Of a DNA stretch of 64,000 nucleotides, positions 26,431 to 39,989 are shown one piece after another. This DNA comes from Octopus vulgaris (Eukaryota): contig OX597820.1 in NCBI GenBank assembly GCA_951406725.2, forward strand, positions 45,012,001 through 45,076,000, read 5' to 3'. The notes beneath the pieces were generated by a model, which was not told the DNA's origin, made no database searches, and worked only from the letters and a program-made list of their open reading frames with translations. Every line of letters starts with the position of its first letter. The stretch's first letter is position 1. Made by a program: the position numbers and the translations under genes.

Positions 26431-26669
26431 TTTTTGTATTTTTAATGTAGTCATAGATGCACTATTCCTGAATAAAATGTGGGATGGTCATGGATAGAAT
26501 GATTTTACTTATAGGGTTGCATAATCAGGACTCCCCTAAAGCTAAACAATAATGACAACAACAGCAGTATAAGAATACATATTTAAGACAATCCCAAGTA
26601 CAGTTCTAACTAAACTCTATACAACTATACACAACTTTATGCAATTATATGCAACACTAATACAACTAA

Positions 26670-27050
26670 AGGTGTAGGCATGGTTACGTGGTTAAGAAGC
26701 TCAATTTGCAACCATGTGGTATTGGTTTCAGTCCCACAGCACAGCACTTTGGGCAAGTGTCTTCTACAATTGTCCTGGCTGACCAGTGAATTTGGTAGAC
26801 AAGAACTGTGTGGAAGCCTACCATATACATGTGTGTGCGTGTGTGTGTATGCATGTTTGCCCCCTCCCCACCACCACCACTTGACAACCAGTGTTGATTT
26901 GTTTACATCCCAGTGACTTAGCTGACTGACAAAAGAGATCAATAAAATAAGTACCGGATTTTGAAAAAATAAGTACTGCAGTTGATTTGTTCAACTAAGC
27001 TCTTCAAAGAAGTGCCCCCAGCATGGTCACACTCCTATGACTAAAGTAAA
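26670..27050 (+). mobile_element. SINE family A, diverged
   Basis: Family A head, microsatellite and tail. Confidence 0.7.
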
Positions 27051-27383
27051 GACCTCCTTCAGTCATGAATAACCATGGGATTGCACCTAGAAAATTCCTT
27101 TCCAAGGCACAAGTCCAGGCAAGGTTGTTTATGGAAGACCAGTAGTTGCCCATGCATACCAGCCTCCTCTCACCATGCCATCAATGTTATTCAAGGAAAA
27201 GCAAAGGCTGATACAGCTTGGCACCAGTGATGTCGCAACTCATTTCTACAGCTGAGGGAACTGGAACAACATGAAACAAAGTATCTTGCTCAAGAACACA
27301 ACACACTGCCTGGTCTGAGAACCGAACTCACTACCTCACAATTGTGAGCCCAATGTTCTAACCATTGAGCCATGGGCCTTCAC
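27050..27383 (-). mobile_element. SINE family D variant
   Basis: Reverse complement of 26105-26430. Confidence 0.8.
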
Positions 27384-29251
27384 TATTGATATACTATGTT
27401 TGAATAAAAGACAGGATAGTTATGGCTGGAACACCTTTGTACATAAACCTATTGGATAAGGGGTGAGTTGGAGTCTTAATAAGTCCCCAAAACACACACA
27501 CACACACACACAAGGTTATAGTCAAATTTCAACATTAATGTATCAGCACTAACACATGGATATTGATAGCTGTCAACACAATACCTAATTAGATATTGAT
27601 AGCTTTCACACAACACCTAATTAATCTAGAAGCAAAAACAAAAGAGAGAGAGAGAGAAAACCTGATTCAGCAAGAAAGGATCTGCATGGTTGAACAACCT
27701 GCAGGACATAGCAGACAAACTTCCCTAATAACTCACTCACTACTAAAAACAGAAGTGGGGTGGAGAAGACATGTTAGATAATACAGTCAGTCAGTTCTGA
27801 TAGTCTAAGAAATCTTCCATCAGATTCTGGATGTCATCCAAGTACACTATGTCTCAAGAGAAAGAACTACAAAGACAGAGTGCCTTTGATTATATTGACC
27901 TGCTTGATCAAAATGAGGCCTAGGGTTAAACAGCAACAACCCACAATAATATACCATATTTGATGGTATATAAGACACTTATTTTCTCTCCAAAAATGTC
28001 TAAAAGAAAAACCATCCTGGGTCCTATATATGATTTTGGGCCTCCCATAAGCTTTAATGTACTAAAATCTTTTTTTTTTCTTACATATATTGCTGCTGAA
28101 ACTGAGGTATGTCTAATATATTTGTGTGTTTTTTTATGCTATTAAATATAGTAGATAATACAGAGATAAACACCAGACATGCTTGAGCCAACATTGGTCT
28201 CTACAGGCTTCTTCAAGTTCCTAGAAACAGCATCCAAATCTCATTCAAATCACACTCCCACTATCTTAGGAAATTCCCTGTACATAGGAAAATAATAGGC
28301 AGTCATGGTTGGAATGCCTTTCATAATAGTACTGTTCAGCCAGAGCTGACCTGGGGGTTAAACAACAATAGATATAAACTTATTAGGACATATAATACTC
28401 AGGTAAACAGAAAGACATACAAACACAACGAAGAAAGTAAAAAAAATAAATCTCTTATTCTAGGATCATACATAATACAAACATAGAAATATTTGTTGTA
28501 CACATAAGTGTCTGGAAATCCATCATGTGTATGTGTGTGTGTGTGTGTTTGTGTGTATGTGTGTGTGTAGATGTCCCCCACCACCACTTGAGATCCAGTG
28601 TTGGTTTGTTTACATCCTCATAACCTTAGGAGTTCAGCAAAAGAAACTGTCAAAATAAGTACAAGACTTTAAAAAATAAATACTGAAGATGATTTCTTCA
28701 CCTAAACCCTTCAAGGTGATGCTCCAGCAGGGCTGAAATATGTAAATGGTCAAAGATAAAAATATTGGGGGAGGAAAAAAAAAAAAGATAATGACAGAAA
28801 TATGAAAATATATAATTAACTTGCTACTACTGGATAAAACATTTAACCAGTAAAACTATTAAAAAAAATTAAAAAGAAATTTTTTTAAAATCCCAGCTAA
28901 ACTGACAAATCACACACAAAAAATATGGTCCTAGAATGTTCCTTACATCCATTTCAATGGAAGAATTGAAAGAATATGTCTAACTAAACCTGCAGAATTT
29001 CTTTGTTTTGCCCAGCTAGCCTTGAGAAGAAAGAACACTTCATTGGCATGGCTTCTTCTTCAGTGATATATTTTCTCAAAAACTCTTGTCAAGCAAGAAA
29101 TAGCACCAGAATGCTTGTGTTTTGTAATCTTCATAATACAGAGAAATATTTGCACTGAGATATAATTGATACTTGAGACCAGATGAATTCTTAGAAAGTG
29201 TGTGTGTGTGTGTGAATGAGTGAGTGAGATACGCACGCACGTACGCGCACG

Positions 29252-29282
<31 letters not shown>

Positions 29283-31572
29283 GAAGAGATATCGTCCTTA
29301 GCAGAATTATCTAGACTAAACCATCTATAATTATGTTGCTTTATTTTCAAAGCAGAAATTTATCTTGAAATACATTGCTATGTGTGTATTGTTCCTATGG
29401 TTTAGCTTTCCATGGTAAAGATAATCAAATGAATTTAAAAACAAACATTAATTTATTTATTTATCTTGTCATTTTTTTTATTTCTTTATCAGAACATTTA
29501 CATAACTTCAGTCACTGGTTGGGGGGTAACAAGAGGAGAAACTTTGATGCATTAAACACAGTCCATCAGAAGGGTTTACATAATTTCCCTCTATTAAGTT
29601 TCACAAACAAGGCTTGGGTTGTCTTGAAGCTATAATAAAGGACACTTGCCCAAGGTGTCATGTAGCAGGATTGAACTGAAAACCACAGTTCAGTTGTGAA
29701 ATGAAAGTTTTGCTTACACAACTATTCCAGTCCACCATCGTTTTAATGCCCACTTTTCTATCTTTGCATGGGTTGGATGGAATTTAGTGAAGCAAATTTT
29801 CTATGATTGGCTGTCGTGAAAGAGAAGGTTCAGAAAGATTTACTGCAGGAGTGTGCATAAGGTACAAGAGAATAAACTCGATGCAGTTAACAGATTTAAA
29901 GTTATTAACAACCTAGCATCACCTACAGAGACATACAGCTTATATAAGCAACTGGGAACTGAACAACAATAAGAGACAAGACACCAAAACAAGAAAGATG
30001 CTGACCATTGAGAAAATACACCATTCAAAATCAAGTATTAACAAGCTGTACCTATCAAGAGCTTTTGAAGGATAAGGTCCAGTTCAACTCTAATTAACCT
30101 TCAGGATTACAACTACTGGGCAGAAAATCGTAAACCATAAGGTCTACTCCATCACAAAAGAAGTTGTGTAATTCTTTAGAGTTTGCAGTCCCTGAAACTC
30201 CACCACCACTCTATAGTAGTCAGCCAGAAAGTCATGGCTTTGAAGTCAGTACATTGACCTCAATGCCACTAAAGTCTCTATCATAGCAAATAGACAAGGA
30301 ATGTATTAAACAATTAATGAAAGCATTCAATCAATGTATTCATTTACTACATCGATCTTAGTGTAGAGCTGTTGTTTAAACCCAGGACAGTCCTGAAGAT
30401 TGAGGTCAGACTCTATGACTGAAGATATCCCAGCCTTGACAATCCAGTCTTTTTATACAGATACAGTGTATCTACAATTACATTATACAATGTCACTTTT
30501 TCAAAACAGATGTAATTAGAAGACTTGATTGTTATTTCTAGCAGGGTGAGTAATGATACATAGTCCCACATTGGTGTGTAATCCCTTCATGGTTCAGTAA
30601 TTATAGGGTGGAATTCTATGACATTATGACTCAATAGTGGAGGCTCATAGTTTAGTGGTTAGGATGTTGGACTCATGATCATAAGATTGTGGTTTCAATT
30701 CCTGGACCAGACAATGCATTGTGTTTTTGAGCGAAATACTTCATTTCTCATTGCTCCAGTGCACACAGCTGGTAAAATGAGTAATCCTGTGACAGACTGG
30801 TGTTACATCCAGGGAGTAATATATACACCAGAGAAACTGGGAAACCAGCCCCTATGCTTCTTACAGAGTAATGTGGACTAATCCATGAATCAATGAAGCA
30901 AAAGATTTGAGTTCAAAGTCTACAAGTACTGAGTTGTGTTTCTAATTTTCATGTATGTCTTAGGGAAGTTGACTACAAAAAACAAAAAAAAATCCACAGC
31001 CATCACTCACATCCACATGTGACTTGGTAGCAAGTACCTTCATCATCATCAAAATTTAACATCTGTTTTCCAAGCTGGTATGGGTTGGACAGCTTGACAG
31101 GAATTGGCAAGGCCAGGGACCGAACTAGGTTACATAGACTGTTTTGACCTTGTTTCTATAGTCAGATGTCCTTCCTAAAACCAACCATTTTACAGTGTGT
31201 ACTGGGTGGTTTTTACATGGCACCACCACCCACATGTTTTAGGTGCCTATGTAGCTGTGAGTAGACATAACCACCCCTGTGGCTCTCTCACCATTATTTC
31301 AGCACAACATCTAGAATGTGACACCTGGTAGGAGAGAGGGCTGCACCAGTGCTGATATAGTATTTATTTCCAGCTGAGTAGACAGAGCAATGTGAAATAA
31401 AATGCCTTGCCTAATCCAGGAATTGATCTCACAATCACATGATCGTGAGTTTAATATTTTAACCAGTAGGCAACAAACCTTACACATAATACCATGTTTA
31501 CATCTCTCTCGGTTGGTTGGCATTCAGAAAGTTATATAATTGAGAACTTAATAAGAAACTGTTGTTAATTAG

Positions 31573-31794
31573 CGAGCTGGCAGAAACGTTAGCATGCCGG
31601 GCAAAATGCTTAGCGGTATTTCATCAGCCGCTACGTTCTGAGTTCAAATTCCGCTGAGGTTGACTTTGCCTTTCATCCTTTCGGGGTCGATTAAATAAGT
31701 ACCAGTTATGCACTGGGGTCGATATAATCGACTTAATCTGTTTGTCTGTCCTTGTTTGTCCCTTCTATGTTTAGCTCCTTGTGGGCAATAAAGA
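31573..31794 (+). mobile_element. SINE family B, young
   Basis: Perfect 23 bp TSD aataagaaactgttgttaattag (31550-31572, 31795-31817); many CpGs retained. Confidence 0.9.
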
Positions 31795-32472
31795 AATAAG
31801 AAACTGTTGTTAATTAGATTATTATTTTATTTTCTGCACTATCAAGCACATGTTTAGAAATGAAGAAAAAGAAAAACAAAAGCGTTTTCATTTCTAAAGA
31901 TGAGGTTAATAATTTAAAAGAAAATTGTAAAGGTGCAGGCTAAGCTATGATGTTACCAAATTCACTTTGTGACCACATGGTTTCAGATTTGCCTCCATTC
32001 TTCACATCTTGGACAAGTGTTTTCTACTGAAGCCAAACTACATCTGTTCTGATAATTGGCTATGACTTGGTCAGTGAATCCTTTCTGATGGCTGACAATT
32101 GACAGCAAGATCATCTGCTATGGATCATACTAAAGCGTGTATGCATGCAACTGGGGACCACATACAAACTTGTATTCCCACTGAAACTCTAAACATGATT
32201 TCTACACGTCAACAGCAAATGATGACTACGACTATGGAATCTGCGCTATCCAATACACTTGCTTTCTCAGCGGAGCACTCATCAATTTTGCATGCTGTGG
32301 TTGACCATTAAATGTCTGGTCAGCATTTGTGAGGAAGATGGTAAACTTGTTGATTGGAACCAGCTCAACCCACCCCAGGTGAATGCCACTGCAAGTACAA
32401 GTAAGTACTGAAGCTTTGAGTTGTGAGAGAAATCCTGTAAACAGAAACCGTATGGAAGCCCAAAGTCCATTA

Positions 32473-32657
32473 TATATATTATATTTTGGTTGAGTCTATC
32501 TCTTTGCTACTCTGAGTTTCATATGTGAGTGCACAGTGTCTTTCTTCAGTCAAGCTGTCACCCGTAACCTATGAGCTGTAACTTGCCCGAACACCCTGTG
32601 CACCCAAATGCAAATCTCAGAGTAGCTAGAGACTGACTTAACCAAAATAAAATATAT
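32473..32657. mobile_element. Old foldback with decayed hammerhead motifs in both arms
   Basis: Imperfect ~80 bp inverted arms next to a TA run. Minus arm: CTTGA-CTGAAGA-22 nt-GAAAC-TCAGA-GTA-GCAAAG (32554-32502). Plus arm: cttgc-ccgaaca..ctcagagta-gctag. Confidence 0.5.
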
Positions 32658-32811
32658 TAACTTCTAATGTGGTATTGAGTACTCATTTTCCAAACAGTCA
32701 GCATTAAATGGATGTGTGTGTGAGTGTGTGAGTGTGTGCCTAAGTGACAAAAACAATAACTAGCCTGTTGATAAATAGAGATCCATAAAATAAGTAAAAG
32801 AGTAAAGGGTA

Positions 32812-33145
32812 AAGACCCCCTTCGGTCATGAAAAACCATGGGACTATACCTAGAAAGTTACCCTCTGAGGCACAAGTCTGGAAAAGGTTGCTTATGGAAG
32901 ACCAGCAGTCGCCCATGTATACCAGTCTCCTCTCTCCATACCACTGATGTTCTCCAAGGGAAAGGCAAAAACTGATAGTTTGGCACTAGTGACGTCAAAA
33001 TTCATATCTACAGCTAAGTGAACTAGAGCAATGTGAAATAAAGTGTCTTGCTCAAGAACACAACACAACAACCCAGTCCAGGAATGAAACTAACTACCTA
33101 ATTATTGTGAGCCCAATGCTCTAACCACTGAGCCATGCGCCTTCA
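32812..33145 (-). mobile_element. SINE family D variant
   Basis: Homologous to 27050-27383. Confidence 0.75.
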
Positions 33146-33296
33146 AGAGAACAAGACTGAAACAACAAATGAGGTTGATATAAACAACTAAAACCCTCAA
33201 AGGTAGTATTCCAGCATGGCCATAGTTCAGTGACTGAAACCAGTAAACAAATAACTATGTAATTATAGTTAAAAAAAAATATTTGACATATTTACA

Positions 33297-33693
33297 CAGA
33301 CAGGAGTGGCTGTGTGGTAAGTAGCTTGCTAACCAACCACATGGTTCAGGGTTCAGTCCCACTGCATGGCACCTTGGGCAAGTGTCTTCTACTATAGCCC
33401 TGGGCCGACCAATGCCTTGTGAGTGGATTTGGTAGACGGAAACTGAAAGAAGCCCGTCGTATATATGTATATATATATACGTGTATGTGTGTTTGAGTGT
33501 CTGTGTTTGTCCCCCTAGCATTGCTTAACAACCGATGCTGGCGTGTTTATGTCCCCGTCACTTAGCGGTTCGGCAAAAGAGACCGATAGAATAAGTACTG
33601 GGCTTACAAGGAATAAGTCCTTGGGTCTAGTTGCTCGACTAAAGGCGGTGCTCCAGCATGGCCGCAGTCAAATGACTGAAAAAAGTAAAAGAG
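33297..33693 (+). mobile_element. SINE family A, young
   Basis: Near-consensus copy retaining CpGs. Confidence 0.9.
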
Positions 33694-34062
33694 ACATCCA
33701 TATTTTGAAAATTAGAAATAAGTGACAGAAGATAAAAAGGTAAAAAAAACAAAAATAAATAAATAAAGTACAAATGAAACAACAAATACTTTGTTCTAAG
33801 ACAATGACAACAAACTACAATAATCACGTAAGTTAATTAGAACTCTTTGAATAATCTCTCACATCTCTATCATCATCACCATTTAAATATTTATGCTTTT
33901 CCATGCTTGCATGGGTCAGTCAGAATTCATTCAGGCAAATTTCTATTGTCCAGATGCCCTTATTGTCACCAACCCTCACGTGTTTCCATGCAAGGTAATT
34001 TTTCCTCATGGTCACCAGTACTTTCACAGAAGAATGGTATCAAGAGACTCCAGATCTATAAC

Positions 34063-34495
34063 TCTTACTCTCTTTTACTCTTTTACTTGTTTCAGTCATT
34101 TGACTGCGGCCATGCTGGAGCACCGCCTTTTTAGTTGAGACAATCGAACCCAGGACTTATTCTTTCTAAGCCTAGTACTTATTCTATCAGTCTCTTTTGC
34201 CGAACCGCTAAGTTACGGGGACGTAAACACACCAGCATCGGTTGTCAAGCGATGTTGGGGGGACAAACACAGACAAACATATACACACACATATACGCAC
34301 ATATATATATACACATATATATACATATATACGATGGGCTTCTTTCAGTTTCCATCTACCAAATCCACTCACAAGGCTTTGGTCGGCCCGAGGCTATAGT
34401 AGAAGACACTTGCCCAAGGTGCCACCCAGTGGGACTGAACCCGGAACCATGTGGTTGGTAAGTAAGCTACTTACCACACAGCCACTCCTGCGCCT
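34063..34495 (-). mobile_element. SINE family A, young, inverted to 33297-33693
   Basis: Near-consensus reverse complement starting aggcgcaggagtggctgtgtgg. Confidence 0.9.
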
Positions 34496-37400
34496 AACTG
34501 TAATGTTTGTTTACAACTATTGCCCACTGTTAAGAAAAAAAAGACAGAAACACTCACCCATGCATGCACACACACACACACACATATATATATATACATA
34601 TATATGAAGGACTTCCTTCAGTTTCCATTCACCAGGTCCACCAACAAGGCTTTGGTTGACCTGAGTCCAACCAAAGATATATGCCCAAGGTGCAAATCAC
34701 TGGGACTGAATCCAAAACCGTGTGATTGAGAAAGAACGTCTTAACCACACAGCCATGTCTGTGCCTGTACCATACCTGACATATAGGTAGACATCATGTA
34801 TCTCTTGTGTGTGCATGTGTGTGTGTTTCCCATACATGTCTATGTGTGTAAAAGAAAACTAACAAAGCAATCTATCATATTTTTCAGACCTAGTGTATCC
34901 CAGTCTACACTATTTTATTGTTTTCAGGCTGACCGTTTTCTTTAAGATGGCAGTGTTGTTTGAAGGAAATTTGAGTATTATTTCTAACAGGTAAAATGAC
35001 AGCATGGAGGCTCCTTCAGTAACGTATACAGAATTATGTTATGTGGGACCAAACTTGAAATCATGTGTTCAGAATTTTGTTTTCCCAACAAATGAATAGG
35101 TAAGATGTGGTAGGGTAGAATGTAGAACAAGAGGAAACTAGTGATAGTCTATGTCAGCAATAACCAGTTTATAGGAGGGAGTTCAGTAAGTTCAATTGCT
35201 GTGATAAGTGAAGAATCTGATGTTATAGGCTCTTGACCTTCATCTGAGAGAAAGAAAGGGAGAGAAGGAATTGAAGGAATTATTTGTAAAGCAAAGTGGA
35301 AGAGCCGTGAGAGAGAGGTGTAAGGGGAGGTTAGCAGTAAGCAAAGGAGGAGGAACCCAGAGAATGTAGAAGGAGCCAATATCTCAGGGTAAACAGATGA
35401 AAGAGAAGAATGGGAAAATGAGTGGAAGACACAAAAATATGAATAAAAAATTGGACTAGAAATATCAAGTTTGTTGATTTTAATTCAATAACAATCTATT
35501 TTTATGTTGTAATTAAACAAGAGCATTGATGGCTACAGGTTTCCAATGGATGTATCACTTGTTCACTGCACTTATGACAGTAACTGTGGCAGGTATCAGT
35601 AACTCAGTGCAGAACAAATATTGCAAAGGACTTCATTCAATGAGCATCATTTGTTTTACTTTTTTTGCTGATATTTACATCCTCTCTGAAAGATAAACAT
35701 ACTTGTACACACACACACATAGTTCTTTTTTTTAATTCTTTTTATTTGAATGGAAGGGGCAGTGCCTATGACCCTTTACAGGACCCATGAAACTGGTAGG
35801 CGGAAGAGAGGAAGATATTCTAAAACTGAGGACCCAGCCTGAATGCTTCTAACAGAATGGATCCTATTAAAAGCACTCAAAAGTTTCAGGTGATTGTGGT
35901 GTGAAACCAAGTGATGGATTAAAAGTTTTTAGCTTTTTTACTCGAATCAAGACTCATATGTCTACAATAAACATCATGGCTGCATTAGCCACTCTGATGT
36001 GCATGTGTGTATGTATATGAGAGAGAGGGAGAGAGAAAGAGAGTAAAAGATCCACTTTTGTGTAGTTTCATGTATTGAATTTTGAAGTTATAGTAGAAGA
36101 CTCTTTTCCAAGGCACCATACAGAGTGATTGGACCGAAAACCATGTGGTTTTGAAGCTAACTTCTTAATGATACAGCCATGTCTATATCCATGGTGGTCA
36201 GCTAGTTATTTGATCCACAAAAAATGAAAGGCAAATCAACTCTGGGAGGATTTCAATATAAATATTGCATAGCAGTGTTCCATGCGCATGTGCAAGCATG
36301 TGTGTAGTACTGTTTTGTTAAGCATAATCTATAATTGATAAGCTGGCATTTAAGAGTGCATACCTAGTCAAGATTCATTTTGGTTGTTCTTGTTGTTTAT
36401 TTCCCAAACAGCTTTGATTTAACAAATGTTTGCTTAAAGCTATTTCAGCTCCAATCATCTTGTCTTTTATTGTATATCAAGGATTACATTGTCCAATATG
36501 CCCTTTCCTTATTCAAGATGGTCAGGTGTAATTCGAGAAAGGTTTGGCTGCTATTTCTAGATGGGTAAGTGAATACATAGAAGTATCTTACTGATTCTTT
36601 CATTACTCATTTATGTCTGTTTTTCCATACTGGCATGGGTTAGACATACTTATTTGAGGCAATATTTTACAGCCTAGAGGCTTTGCTCTTACCTGTTTTT
36701 CAGGTAAGGGATTTTTATTATTTCACTTAGCTTTGAAAGCACAGAGCTACAGGATGCACTGTTTACAGGAGATGTAAACATGTCATAATTCTTTCCTCAA
36801 ATGGTCACATGGGAAGCAGAAATTCACAAACACACACATATATGCATATAACATAGCTAGGAAGCAAACTTACGACCACATGGTTGGTTCCATAGTGCCT
36901 CACCTTGGGCAAGTGTTTTCTACTATAGTTTGGGCCAACCCAAACCATGTTACTGGATTTGGTAGGCAGAAGCTGAAAGGAGCCTGTTAAGCTGTCTTGT
37001 GTGAGTGTTTGTCATGCACATGCAAATGTCAGCATGTATATTTGTGTTTCTTTGTTTTGATAGTATGTAATAGTTGTAAATAAGTGTCACTGTCATACAA
37101 GAGGTATCGTTCTTTTGTAATCTGCCATGAAAACATGTCTGGCCATGGAGAAATATTGCTTTGCTTGGAAACAGGTGTGCATTAACAACATGAAGAGCAT
37201 CCAACTGCAGAGATTCTGTTTCAGTGAATACTGTTCAATTCATGCAAATATAGTAAAGTGGATGTTAAAATGATAATGATGATATACATAAAACAGGCTT
37301 CCATACAGTTTCTTTCTACCTATTTTAGTCGCAAGGCATTGGTGGACCCAAGACACCTGCCCAAGTGTCAGACTGAATTCAAAACCATATGATTATGATG

Positions 37401-38295
37401 TGAACTCTTTACCATACAGTTATACCAACATCCATTCATATACTGGTTTTAATTTCTAGCACAATTATATGTGCTAGAAATATATCCATTCATATATCAA
37501 TTATAGTCATACTCCTGTATGTTGTCTATAAAGTGGATGAGACAGAAACATTTAAAAGTCATTGTCAGAGACATAAAAAATGGTCAAACTCCAATTTTTG
37601 GCTAGGAACTGATTTAGTATATCATATCTTCTGATATGTTGAGTATAAAGACAAACACATAACCTCAGATTACATCCTACTGAGACATCTACTTGCATTC
37701 TCTTGCACAAGAAAATGAATTATTTAATTTTTGAACAGTTCTGTTTTCATGCTCCAGTAATCTTATATATTTCCATATAGATTCATTCATCACTATTTCA
37801 ACAAGTATAGTGAAGGATATGGTTTTCTATTGAGGTTAGGACAAACAAGTTCAGAAATACCTTCCAATACTGATAAAATAAAAATAATATTGGTTTCAAA
37901 TTTTGGCACAATTTTGGGGTGGGGTAAGTCAATTACATCAACTGGTACTTATTTTATTGACCACAAAAGGGTGAATGACAAAGTTGATCTCAGTGGAATT
38001 TGAACTCAGAACGTAAAGATGGATGAAATGCTGCTAACTATTGAATATTAACTGATGGCAACAGCTATTTTCCATCTCTTTGATACCACACAATTGGCTA
38101 GGAATTGATTTAGTATTTAGTATATCACATCATCTGATATATTGTGTATAAGCACATACAAATAACCTCAAATAACATTCCACTGAGACATCAACTTACA
38201 TTCTCTTGTCTAGAAAACTAATGAATTATTTAATTTTTGGACAGTTCTATTTTCATACACTAATAATCTGGTATATTAAATTAAAATGCTGAAAG

Positions 38296-39139
38296 ATCAT
38301 CATCATCATCGTTTAACGTCCGCTTTCCATGCTAGCATGGGTTGGACGGTTCAACTGGGGTCTGGGAAGCCCGAAGGCTGCACCAGGCCAGTCAGATCTG
38401 GCAGTGTTTCTACAGCTGGATGCCCTTCCTAACGCCAACCACTCCGTGAGTGTAGTGGGTGCTTTTTATGTGCCACCGACACAGGTGCCAGACGAGGCTG
38501 GCGAATGGCCACGCTTGGATGGTGTTTTTTATGTGCCACCGACACAGGTGCCAGACGAGACTGGCGAACGGCCACGCTCAAATGGTGTTTTTTATGTGCC
38601 ACCGACACAGGTGCCAGATGAGGCTGGCGAACGGCCACGCTCGGATGGTGTTTTTTATGTGCCACGGACACAGGTGCCAGACGAGGCTGGCGAACGGCCA
38701 CGCTCGGATGGTGTTTTTTACATGCCACTGGCACAGAGGCCAGGCGAGGCTGGCACGGCCACGATCGGATGGTGTTTGTTACGTGCCACCAGCACGGAGG
38801 CCAGTCGATGCGGTACTGGCTACGGCCACATTCGGATGGTTTTCTTATGTGCCACTGGCACTGGTACCACAAAACTACAAATTCCATTGATGTTCATCGA
38901 TTTTGATTTGATTTGATTTTCACTTGCCTCAACAGGTCTTCACAAGTAGAGTTATGTGTCCCAAGAAGGAAGGTATGCACAGGTGGACTGACTACGTCCC
39001 AGGTAGGGGCCATGGGTTATGGCCTCACGTGTCCTGCTGGGTCTTCTTGCGCACAGCATACTTCCAAAGGTCTCGGTCTCTGATCATTTCCTCGGTGAGA
39101 CCTAAAGCGCGAAGGTCGTTCTTCACCACCTCGTCCCAG
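38296..39139 (-). mobile_element. RTE LINE 3' end with 63 bp minisatellite in the 3' UTR
   Basis: Reverse complement of ~58305-59126; (CAT)n tail at 38296; repeat unit starts at 38521, 38584, 38647 and 38710. Confidence 0.9.
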
Positions 39140-39149
39140 ATACAACAAA

Positions 39150-39450
39150 TAATTGGGTTCATAATCTGTGATGATTTTTCATGGCAACCCAACATAATGA
39201 AACTCCATTACAAAGACTAAAATTCTTTTTTAGAGCTAGAAAATACTAATCAATTTCTGTTCTCTCTACAAACCTTAAGACCCACAACAGAGTATTGCTC
39301 CCACATCTGGGCATGATATTTCTGCTACATATACAGAGATCCTAAACTACATCTAAAAGAAGGCCATCTGATTGATTGGCAGAAACTCATTCATCAATAT
39401 GCTATAACATAGGTGAAGGACTTGCAGCCTTCCAAAAGAAGTACATCATT
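39150..39450 (+). mobile_element. CR1/L2/Jockey-like LINE remnant
   Basis: Reads IIGFIICDDFSWQPNI... then RPTTEYCSHIW..EILNYI.KKAI.LIG with frameshifts; same pattern as 5086-5453. Confidence 0.55.
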
Positions 39451-39989
39451 TGAGAGAAAATCATTATTCCAGAGCATATTTTTGTTAATTTAATTATATT
39501 CTAAAGTCAATCTTTTCCATGAAATTATAAATTTTAGAAACACCAATTTATATTTCTTTATGCATGCTTGTAATTACTGAAGGTAATTACAATTGTTTGA
39601 AATGTAGGAATCTGAAGAAATTCTTAGAAACAAAATGTTACAGAGGGCTTAGTCTGAAACTCAAACCTTTTCTACATTCTGTTACAGATTTTATAACTGA
39701 TAATATTCTTTAAATAAGGTTTGGCAGAATGAAGCATGATTTAAAATGAGGCCTTATTAGATGACGGTAAACTTCACTGTGGGCTTCAAGCATAAAAAGG
39801 TATCTCATCTCTGTACAATAAACTCTGGCCCACAGATGAACTACCTCATCTTTCTCTGTTTAATTTCCAATAGTGCCATGAATATAAAATAAAGTACTTA
39901 TTCTAGCATACAATAAATAGCATTTTATCAATTTCAGTTTAATAGACCTATTGAGTCAAGATGACCTATTGAGTCAAGTTTGATCTATT

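Noticed and set aside
32050-32400. Non-repetitive-looking, moderately GC-rich stretch, possible exon or transposase remnant
   Set aside because: No recognisable motif or clean open frame with splice sites.
35730-35838. Candidate ATG4 exon 2 (cag|GC TGG GTC: GWVLSFRISSSLPPTSFMG)
   Set aside because: Weak acceptor, lacks the T.F...LLG pattern, and part of it resembles a repeat also seen near 25410.
38329-38916. 195 aa ORF with 21 aa repeats (also ORFs at 58464-59074)
   Set aside because: Reading of the 63 bp LINE 3' UTR minisatellite, not a gene; not a CRISPR array because there are no unique spacers.
39611-39645. CTGAAGA..GAAAC hammerhead-like core
   Set aside because: No stem I or stem II pairing.
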